From contig NC_134468.1 of assembly GCF_964194025.1 (NCBI RefSeq), forward strand, positions 65,410,001 to 65,474,000: a stretch of DNA of 64,000 nucleotides, given 5' to 3'. Under the pieces are notes generated by a model. The model searched no databases and had not been told where the DNA came from. It worked only from the letters and a program-made list of their open reading frames with translations. Position numbers and translations under genes: made by a program. This document shows positions 1 to 10,478 of the stretch, one piece after another. Positions within the stretch are counted from its first letter, which is position 1, and each line of letters opens with the position of its first letter. This DNA is from Convolutriloba macropyga. Taxonomy: Eukaryota.

Positions 1-1110
1 CATCTGGGTCACCACGAACTGTTCAGATAATGTCATACACATACCTTTTGAACAATTTTTATCACCTCAAACTTATCACCCCCTGCCCGTTGATTGCTTA
101 AATACATACAAATCAAAAGAACATCTTGCATGTAGGCGTATTCCTCATTTGTTATCATTTGGCATTTTGCCTGAAATCAGTTTTTGTATGACTCACATTC
201 CTTTCCTTTTCTTCGGAAAATCCCTCTCCGGTCGCAGTGTTTGCAATTCCCGTTTTGATCAGATTTAGAGATATTCTCACTGAGCTCTGGTTTTTGCAGT
301 GATCCATCAAACGATTTCATCCACAAGTTTGGTAGTTTTACAGTTAGTCGTGCACCCATAGCTAGACCATCGGATTGTACATACCATATCCCGTTACAAT
401 TAAAATAAACATTTGTCACCGCTAACGTGAATAAATTTTGCATTGCGGACCTCTTGATCTCTGGAGTTAGGTTTCCTGAATAGAGTTCTCTTAGAGAAAT
501 TGCTATAGCCTCTCCAACAGCCACGTTGTACAACATTTATACGTCAAGAGATCCTATCTGCTCGTTAGCTTCAAGAGAGTGACTGTAAAGCTTTTCTGGC
601 ATTGTGTGTGTTGGTTTCATTGTTTGCGCCAGGTACTTTCCGGAAAAATGGTGCCAAAAATATGTTCGTTTTTATGACCGCTACCAGGTATCGAAAGAAC
701 AGGTGGGAGAGGTGTATCTTTTTTATGTATCTTTGCTAGGCCATAAAGCCTCGCTGATTGTGAACCAGTTGATCTAAGTCTTTGATAAATTTTTTTAGTA
801 CTTTTCCCCTGCTTCATCAATTGTGGCAGGCTGTCATCTGGTTTTCAGTTTTAACCAAAATTTCATCTTTTGTTCCATTGATTTTCTGAAATTGATCCAA
901 GTTTAGCAGATCATCAAGTTTTTGTCTGTACGTCGACTTTTTTCATCACACAGAACCTGTAGCCATTGTCAAATGGTACCGCTAGCAAATCCTTGGCTTT
1001 AAGGTAATCATGCTTTTTTTGCCTCTCTATCCATCGAGGTTTCGCGTACATTTTTTGCATACCATTATCCGGACGCATAAATTTCACAAAGCTCCTCACA
1101 CTCTGTTTTA
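1..1110 (-). mobile_element. Degenerate Penelope-like (PLE) retroelement reverse transcriptase fragment
   Basis: Frameshifted minus-strand pieces read LRSTGSQSARLYGLAKIHKKDTPLPPVLSIPGS (PLE LYGLPKIHK..PLRPIVS), GSLDV, YVQSDGLAMGARL..LPNLWM (GLAMGSPL motif), and a YVDD-like YVYDII near base 30-45. Runs off the window edge. Confidence 0.75.
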
Positions 1111-1818
1111 TTCTCGCATAATTCACGTACAAAATTGTCAATGTCTTATTTCTTTAGTTGTTTCACTTAATCGACGCTATTTTCCGGCAATCTGCCGGCT
1201 ATGTTTAACAGCATTGGCGATAGTTTGATTGTCATCACATTTCAACGTTAATTCTGTCGAAATGAAAATACGAAAATCTCGTAAATGACTGATACAATCC
1301 TCTTCGAGATGAAACAAAAATAAATTTCTTTTGCTGGTTTCAAGTTTCAACTAATGGTTTTGTGGCTTCAATACTACGACCTTGATTTGGTAAAAAATTA
1401 AATCATATGTGGACGATATGTGTCGGAACATCATGAGCGAACACATAAACGAGCCTCCTTGTTTCAGGATGTGGCTCTCCGTTTGTGCCCACCCGCCAGC
1501 TTAGTAGGTGCATATTATTTGCACCCCCAGACGCACGTGCCATGTTTTTACATAATGATTTACTATGTAATGACATCTGCTTTGTAACGGGGGGGGGGGG
1601 GCACAAACGGAAAAGATCCCAGGATTTATCGCAACTGAGGATGCCTCAATCTAGCTGAAGGTTTTTTGAGGGCAGGACTTGAGTCTATATCAACGTGAGA
1701 CATAACGGTATTTCAGTACTTTTTGCTCTCGTTTTTCTGTGGTATCTTGAAAAAAATTGAAGCTACATGTTTCATCAAGCCGTTTCATTAGTCTCGGATG
1801 TGTTTTAGATTTTGTATA

Positions 1819-4800
1819 ATGGTACAGAAGAAGAAGAGTAGTAAGGCTGCAACTTTTCCCAGCCATGAGTTTTTCATACAGAATCATGGCGATATAGCAG
1901 TGACCATAATGGTCCTATTTTTTATTGGCATGGTTTTTCAGGTTTGTATAGGATTAAATCAACGACTGAACACTTAATGTATTCAATGGATCAGATTGAA
2001 TTCCTTTGTTTTAGCCTACAAATCACATGGCATCTAAAGTTTTGTTTTTGAACTACAACATATCAACCGAAAGTGAGTGGGTATTTTAGTTTTTCATCTA
2101 AAGAAGACTCATCAATTCTATTTGCCCCTTTTTTAGATATATCAATTTTGCACGAGAGACCCCACACGTTCAACTATTTTGTCAGCGGTCCGCTTGACTG
2201 GTGCAACATTTTGTATTACTCTGTTGGATGCATAGTCGCCCATGCTCTTATTCAGGAATACCTTTTGGATGTGAGAAGTCGTTTCTAATTTGCCATTCTT
2301 CCTCCGAGTTCAGTCATGTCAGTTTGTTAATTTTTTAGAAACTTTTAAAGAAATCTCATCTTTCCAAGAGCAAGCTGAGCAAGTTCAATGAAAGCGCCCA
2401 GTTGGGAATATTCTATGCTGTATCCCTGGCTCTAGTGGGTTATATATTTTACATGGTAATATTTATTTACTGATTTAGATACTTCTAAAGTCCTTGAACC
2501 GAGATTTTAAGTCATCTGTTTCAGGAAAAGTTTCCGTTGTCTATTTCTTTCTTGTGGGACGATTATCCTCATAAATACCATGTGTAAGTATTTATTTAAA
2601 TTCGCTAATATTCTTTTCCTGCATTCTGTTTGGTGACCAAAATTTTGTATGCAGTGATCTGCGTAATTTTAATGATGGAGTTACTTATGGTACTGAAGAG
2701 AACTATAACTGATTAGATCAATTTAAACCTGGTTTTTCACCATTATTATTTAGTACGCCCTAACTTTTTGACTGAATTTAGGCTTCATCAGAAGTTCTTT
2801 TTCATCGCACAGGTAACGCTTTTTCACCTGAGCCATTCAAATGTTAATGAGTTGGGATAAATATTATTTTGAATTGCTGTTTAGATAGCCTACTGGATTC
2901 ATATATTCCCCGAAATTTACTTCCAAAAAGTGAGGAAGGTAAGAATAAATGTTTTAGACACCTGAAATCAAATAGCAATAAAGACAGCAATTCAATTTTT
3001 TTTAAATCATTGTTCCGATTAGAGTTTCAAGTGCATGTTTAGGAAGATATGCCTCAGCAGATAACCTATTCTTCTCTCTATCTGGTGTTCCTCACAGCTG
3101 CTTATTTTCTCAAGTAATTTTTATTCTATTTGATTTTAAGTTCATCACTGCAATTATTAACTCTGATTGCAATGTTTAGCTTCAGCCGACTTGCTATGCT
3201 GCTGATTAGCGTCCATTATGCGGTCGAAATTTTATTCCATGTTGCTCGATTCCTCAAAATTGTCGAGAAAGAGGAGGTCGCAAAGATAGTGTAAGTTACG
3301 AGTTTTGGTTTCACATTATTCTAATGTTTCTTTATGCACGAATGTATATGCTGACAGGTTCTGTATTTGGGCGTTTTGTTTTGTAATGGGACGTCTTCTA
3401 ACCTTCCTTTGCGCGTTCCTCACTTTTTGGTAAGTTGTTAGTTTTGTTTGGTTCGTGGAAAATAGATTATTTGACAGTCAATTGTATATGGAAACTGTTA
3501 CAGGGTCGGTCTGAGCAAGACGGAAATTAAGGTCATGGATATCAAAAGTGGCAACTTCAATACGTCCGCCGTGAGGTAATCTTTTTCTTTCTAGGTCTAA
3601 TATATTTCGTACGATAATGGAAAGCTATTTATCTCCTGAGATTTCTCCGAAATATGAAATGTTCTTTAATGGTGAGTTTGCTATCCAGAAAAATTCTATA
3701 CTATTCCTCTAAGCTCTGCCTTCACCTAGACTGTTTAAACCATTCTAATTTTTGAAAAGTGGTCTCCGAAGATGTAAAACTGCTCATTTCCATCAAAATT
3801 CTACCAATAAGGGGTTGACTTTTTGATAAGAAGCTGTCATTTCATGGCAGGCTGGTTTGTCTGGTGGGAGTGTTTGGGTTGCAGACGTGGTTGATGTGGA
3901 ACTTCATCCAGTTCCAGCTAAAGTACATCAGAGATAGGCAGATTGGTAGGGAGGCCCAAGACAGGTTAGCGTTTGCAGAGGGGGAACTTATCGACTCCAG
4001 CGAAGAGGGCGCTGAAGGGAACACACAACCCAACACTGCTGAGAACACCCCAAAGAAGACACGAAGTAAATATAATCATGAGTCTTTAATACCTGAGGTT
4101 GTTTTGCTTGAAGCCGATAAATTCTAACATAGCTGCTTTGTTGTTTTGCACTTGGGGCTGACTTTGTGCGGAATGCAAGAAGATAAGTTTGCCCTCGATT
4201 GTATAGATATCAATCTCATTTATAGATTATCCGTCTATCTGAAGTGAAATAATTGCGCCTATTTATTAATTGCTCTCGAACGCAGGTTTGCAGGAAATAT
4301 TTGGGTCTCCTTGTGTATTTTGCTTAATCGTTTTTTAATAGCCGCGGAGCGATAGCGGCTATTATTGGGGACATCGTGTTTTTTTTACAATTCAAAAAAT
4401 TTGAATTGTATTGGGGCACTGTCTTTTTTTAAGATCTGTTTACCTATTTTCATGAATTTTGAAGTCAAATTTGAGTAGTGATTTTGGTCACACCGAAACA
4501 GGAAGTGGAGCGGAAAAGCGATTGGTTTGGCGACGTGAATTTTTTTACTCTAATTTTAAAGTAGAGTGAGAAAACGGTGTTTGGACAACAGCGCTTTCTC
4601 GCTAGTGGTTTTTTGTTCACATGCGGCAATTTTACTTAGATTTTTACTGTTTTTAATAGCGGCACAGCAATAGCTGGGGCTATTATTGGTCTTCTCTTGG
4701 TTTTTTGTTTCGTCGTCAAGATTTTTGTTACGACAATATGACGTCACAACCACTTCAAATCTGCTTTTTGTTCATTCGTTCATGCAATTTCAACTAAAGT

Positions 4801-7800
4801 GCGTGCGTGACGTCATGTTTTCGCTCTTAGTAAAGCGAGTTTTTTGTTCACTCGCGTGATAAAGTTTTTGGTCAAGCGTGAGTTACCTCACTCTCAAAAA
4901 TGACTTCCTTACTCAGAAATTGACTTTTATTTACTTTTATTGAAAGAAATAAGGTCAAGCGAATGTGTCACTCTTAATATGGGTTATTTGAGATTAACTA
5001 ATAGAGGCAGCAATAACTTATACAGATTCTTAATCAAAATATAACATTTTCAGCCTTCAATGAAAAGACTATCCTTTTGGTCTGTCTTTGTTACCGTTTT
5101 TTTAGACTGCAGATCTACGAAGCTATTGCGGCTATTTTCTGGCAACCTGCTAGCTATGTTTTTGATTTTTTGGATCGGATTTTTTTTTGTAAATGGTTTT
5201 CCCAATCCATTCATAGCTTATTCTAGGCCTAGGTTTTTGTTTGAACCAAATTTCCATCTCTCGCTAGTGGTTTTTGTTCACATGTGGCATTTTGGCATTG
5301 ATTTTCTATTTTTTTATCTGATTATTTAGCTGATTTTCCCATTTCACGCATAGTCCGTTCTAGGTCTAGTTTTTTGTTTTGTCAACAAAAATTCCTTGAT
5401 TTGTACGCAAGGAATTGTCCTGCTATGGTTCTTTATTTCGTCGTCTCCATCGATGATTCTTGGGACCATTGACTTTTTCAGTTTCAGTGACTTCTACTGC
5501 TTTGCAGTTAGTAAAAATTTGTGTGCGTGACCTCATTTTTTGCTTTTAGGTCAATTGCTCGACTTAGCTCACTCAGAAATTGACTTCTGAACTCACTTAA
5601 TGAACTTTAATTTTTATGAACATTTACTAGTTAAAGATCAACAGTGTGCATCTAAGAAGTACCAAATGTATTTTCTTGAATATTAGTCTTTAGTTTTCAA
5701 GTTCGGATAGTTATTTTTGAAAAATCTCTATTAGGGCTTTTCCTTATAGAGCGTGTGTTTCATAAAAGCGACAGTCCGAATCTAGCCCAGAATTCTAGTG
5801 ATCTATTAAAGGACTGGTGGCCAATCTGTCTATTTTATTTCTTTAGTTGTTTCAATTCCATGGAAGGCCACAAGAGTCTATCGCAGCTATTTTCCGGCAA
5901 GCTGGCGGCTATGATTGAATTTTGCTTTTTCTCACATTTTTAAGCAGCTCAACTCCCTTGGAAGCAGTTCATTTCTCAAATTCAAATGAAAATATTGCCG
6001 AAATTTGTGGTTAATAAAGAGCTGATAGCATCATTTAAAATCTTTCAATTTGTAGCCACCGGCTGAAATTGGCTACAATTCACGCTATATCAGCAGACTT
6101 TTGAGAGCAATTTTCCTGGGCAATTATCCTGGTCAGATGCTGGTCAGTTTTCTTCTAAGCTCATCAGAGCAAATGATAATTGGTATTAGTTTTTTTTATC
6201 TTAGCAATTGTTGCAAACGTGTGTGTCTTTATGCAAAATTTTCGCTGGACGGTTTTGACTTCTCGATTGACTTTTACGCCCTTGACTTTTTGCGTTTCGT
6301 GTGATCTAGAATTCTCTCCCAATCAAAATTTCAAGCAGCTGAACTCATTTGGTGGCAATTTAATACTAAAAGTCAAATGAAAAGTGCGCCCAAAACTGGT
6401 GTCATTTTTTTACTTTAAATGTGAATAGTGGTATATGTTAACCTCTGTGGTTATTTGAAGCCCACTATTAAGAACTTCTTAGTCCCATTTAGGCCCTCCC
6501 CTTCCCCCGAACCCGATTGAAGCAGGTTGCAATTGATTAGAGCTCCCAATAGTCGTTCGAGAGCAATTCTTCCGACGTTTAGTTGATTGTTTTTAAATTT
6601 AAAAGCCGTAAAAGAAGCTGAATACAGCAGAATGATAATTAACTAAAATTGCGAATTCATTTAGAGCACTGATAAAGTTTTTCTAATAGCTACGATAGTG
6701 ACAGCTAAGCGGAGATGTTATTGGCCTGCTTTTTGTGTTTAAAATCCAAAGAATTTGAATTATTTTGGAGTGCTGTCTTTTTCATGATCTTCACACCTTG
6801 TTTTATGATCTTACGTTTATGATCTTTCAATATCGACTGAATTGCCCACTTGAATTAATTCTACACCTTTATCAATAACGGCCCTCATCTCAGCCGGCTA
6901 TTATAATTACCCTATTTTTTAAACAATTTAAACAATTCAAAGAATTTGAATTGTATTGGGGAGCACTTTTTTAAGATCTCTTCACAATTCTTCATATTTT
7001 TGAAGTCAAATTGAAGCGATGATTTTGTTCACCTTTTTTTCAACTTTTTTTTACTTCTATCGATTTATTGATCGTTTTTTCTAAATGGTTTTTCCGAAAT
7101 CATTCCTTTTCCATTCTCAGCCTAGTGATTTGTCAATGAAAATTGTAAGAATTGTAGTTCAGGACTTGTTCTATGTTTTTACGAAGAAGAGGCGTTTTGG
7201 TTTTCTTTCCTTGATAAGTATGCGAGCAAGAAAACGAGATGTTCAGGGAGTGAATAAAGTTTGAAAAAGCCGTTTTTTTGTGAAGGAATTCGAGGAGCGG
7301 AGAAAAGAGAGTGGATATTTTGTTCATGCCTTCTTTTGAAACAGAGCGCGAAATGTAGGTGTGAGAAAATTTTTGCTATGCGATTGGTTTTTAATCGCGT
7401 GCTGTTTTTTCAGGCTGATTGTTTTTAATAGCTGCCTTAAGCCTCACCATGGCTATTATTTAGGCGCTATACTTTTTTAGAATTCGCATTTGATCACGTT
7501 TTTTGTTTTATTTTAGTCACGATTTTCACGCTTGACTCGTGACTTACCTCACTGACTGTTGCAATTTAATGGATTTTAAGTTTTTTCACGCATTGAATTA
7601 CGCAATTTAGTGATTACGGTCAATGTCAAAAGAGCAAAATCAAAAGAAACGGGATAATCCGATAAAGCCAGGTCATTAAGTCATGGTGCCTTATGTTATC
7701 AAAGTTTATTGGAGCGATTGCTAGCTGGCATTAACATTGATTAATAGCCTTCAGCTTAGAAGCTGAAAGAATTTTAATTTTAGAATCTAACTGAAACTTC

Positions 7801-9761
7801 ACGCAAAATACAAACACTTTTTCAAACTTAGAAACAAATTCTGTCAATTTTTATTTCTTTTCTGTTTCAATCCCTATGTGCGTCAAGCGGGTCATCGGCG
7901 GCTATTTTCCGGCAATTTGCCGGGTATGTTACACTGATAGGAATCTCAACATAACTGTTTGACATATTTCTTTTTAGAGAAGACTAAAGCTGCTGCTCAG
8001 AGTAATGTCTTGACCCGTCTATACAATTCTCATCCCAAATGTCTATCTGTTAACTCAAATACTACTAATACTTATAACATTTGATTGAAGAACGTCTGGC
8101 GTGAACTAACTGTTGGTACAAATGAATATCAGATAAAGTAACGGCCATTACATATTAGCCACTGAATATCTGGTGAATGGTCATTCGATGTACATAAAGT
8201 ACCTCTAAATTTCTAACTAGTGGCTTCATGACATTCCATTTGGCAATTGTGAATCGGTTTTAATCCCTGATCATCATGTAAAACTCGGAACTGTTTCCTA
8301 TTCCTCACACCTGAACAACATAATCTAATGTGTGTATGTTTTGACCAATATCAGAAAATTTTAGGCGCTTACTCCATGAGGTTTTAACTATGTGGGTATT
8401 TTGTTGTTAACTGAAAACTTATTTTAGAAATCATTAAACGCTCATGGCGCGGCATTTTTAGAAGACCTCAAGTTGTTATCAAATATGATAAGCACGGTAG
8501 CATAAAATCGGAAATCCATTTGGAGAAAATTAAATTTTGTTTTTCAAAAGCTGTTTATTAAATTAATTTTCTGAAGTGTAAGATTTGTTTGTAAATAAGA
8601 TTTTTTTAAAGAAATTTGGGACTTCAAATTTGAACTCAGTCAACCTATGAATATCAACAATTGTACCCCCCCCCCCCCCCCAGCCCAGCTTAGTAGTCAT
8701 TTAACATATACCACCCTATACCATGAGAGAGGGTACTGTAAAGGGTAAGACCCTCAATTAAAAAACGCACTTGAATTCCAAATGGCTTTGAAAATGCACC
8801 ATTAAGTTGTTACCAAACTGCTGGGAGGAAAAGGAAGCAGATAGTTAATATATCCGTAATAACTGTTGGTGTGCACTTAACCTGGTTAATTGCCCTCAAG
8901 CAAACTATGTAGTCATTATTTGGCCTATGTGCTTGATTTTAGTGCGATAGTGTCATACAAAAGATTTCGTAAATTCGCGTGATCTAAGTATATGTTAGAA
9001 CAAAATCTTACGCCCGAGTGCTGGGCACGGGACCTGAAGGGGACTTTGTTCTAACGTATTTAGAGAACCAAAGAGTACGAAAGTTGAATTTCATTTGAAA
9101 TTGAAATTAAGAGTACGACTTTGCAGATTAGTAAGAAAAATTTGAAAATATACAGGAGTTGAAATAAACGAAACCTCTCCGTCTCCGATAGCGAAGCATC
9201 CGATTATTTATAGCGGTTTTATTCAGCTGTCAAAATTTAGATTTCTAACTAAGTCCAATTTTTTGCCCTAATATGGTGTTAGGCAAAATTAGGGAGGAAA
9301 AATTACTAACTTTAAGTCTAATTTCAATCTTTCATGCTAAGCTCTCTGCCTCGAAGTTTTAGTGACCGATAAAATCGTGCCCTGGGTTCTCTAAATCCCT
9401 CTCATTGTTAATTTTACGCAGCTGAACTGAATTGCGATACCTGTGCAACTAGTAGCGTCCATAGTCAATCTATTTCATTTGATTTGGCAATGAACACAAA
9501 TTTTTTGATACTGCCGTTTTTAAATGTTGACGTTTATGTAAAATATAATGACACCCCTAATCCCCGTTTGAGAGCAATGTGTCTGAAGTCAGTCGGAAGT
9601 GAGTTACTTTCATTCATTGTGATAGAATAAGTGTTGACATCTGTTTAGAGAACAAAAGTAATGGATATACAACAGGCACGCAGAATGGAGTATCTTCTCC
9701 TATTCAGTCAAATCAGCTTCGGTCCCGAGGCAACCAATCAACTTCGGCCAAAGTCAAGTAA
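1819..9761 (+). CDS. TRAM1: Translocating chain-associated membrane protein (TRAM1/2 family, TLC domain), 14 exons, about 417 aa
   Basis: Exons 1819-1941, 2015-2072, 2137-2270, 2339-2455, 2525-2583, 2782-2812, 2885-2938, 3043-3113, 3180-3290, 3358-3429, 3504-3575, 3851-4065, 7978-8001, 9649-9761. All introns are GT-AG with matching phases; total 1254 nt. Protein carries TRAM hallmarks SHEFFIQNHGDI, HALIQEYLLDK, HLSKSKLSKFNESAQL, LWDDYPH, QIAYWIHIFPEIYFQK, HYAVEILFH, GRLLT, GNFNT, MWNFIQFQLK and C-terminal GTQNGV. The last two exons are less certain than the first twelve. Confidence 0.93.
4330..7930 (+). mobile_element. Cluster of nested non-autonomous Helentron-like (HINE/DINE-type) elements in TRAM intron 12
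   Basis: Left ends TAATAGCCGCGGAGCGATAGCGGCTATTA (4337; variants about 4655, 6685, 7426) and TACAATTCAAAAAATTTGAATTGTA (4386; variant about 6932). Right ends CGGCTATT followed by the stem-loop CCGGCAATTTGCCGG (about 7899-7923; variants about 1175-1200, 5128-5155, 5884-5912). A family-A copy lies at about 6170-6590. Confidence 0.65.
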
Positions 9762-10029
9762 CGGAAAGTGGAATCTCGATAAATGTTCGCCAGACGAGGA
9801 AACAGAGTTGCACATTACTTGTTTACTAAAGTTGTTTGTGTTGACACTCAGTAGTTACCCCCTATGTACATACATATGCTTAATGAACGGGAACAAAGCT
9901 GGAAGTATTTTCCAGAAAAGTTTAAGCAAACAAAGATTTGAAACAAGTTTATAATATACTCTGACTTCACTGATCTAAGATCGTTAAAACGATGACTAAA
10001 ACCAGTGCGTTTATTCATTGGAAAACTAT

Positions 10030-10035
10030 AATAAA
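10030..10035 (+). promoter_or_regulatory. Candidate polyadenylation signal of TRAM
   Basis: AATAAA about 270 nt after the TRAM stop codon, in unique-looking 3' UTR sequence. Confidence 0.4.
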
Positions 10036-10270
10036 CAGTTGTGCTATCTGTCTAAGCTGACGTGTTTTATTGTAAATGTGTAATCTGCTGCGCAAATAAC
10101 CTTCAATGTCTCGCTAAGTAAGCTAAATTTGTTCCATTTGATTTTGCCTTGATACTTTGTCTTTATATGGTGTAATAGTATTAATCTATTAAATCACTGT
10201 CATCAATTGAGTATTTATTATTTCTGAATTATGAATCGTAGATAGGTTTAGGGCTGATTGCTTCTCAAGT

Positions 10271-10273
<3 letters not shown>

Positions 10274-10322
<49 letters not shown>
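10274..10322. repeat. (TA)n microsatellite
   Basis: Pure AT dinucleotide run. Confidence 0.95.
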
Positions 10323-10327
<5 letters not shown>

Positions 10328-10478
10328 AAATATTAGCTTGCATTGAAGCTCTGCTACGATTTGTAACAACCGGGCGCTAGTTGTATTATAAATAATAGTC
10401 TTTGTTTTTTGTTTCTCTAATGATTTAATTTAGGTGCTGGTTTTTCGCAGTCTTTGACATTATCGTCGTATTGTGATC

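Noticed and set aside
9028-9045. DLKG-coding stretch as a missing PIP4K exon
   Set aside because: It lies in a hairpin loop within a TRAM intron, lacks the YDLKGS context and has no convincing splice sites.
9661-9954. 97-aa ORF as a separate gene
   Set aside because: It overlaps the TRAM last exon in a different frame and runs into the 3' UTR.
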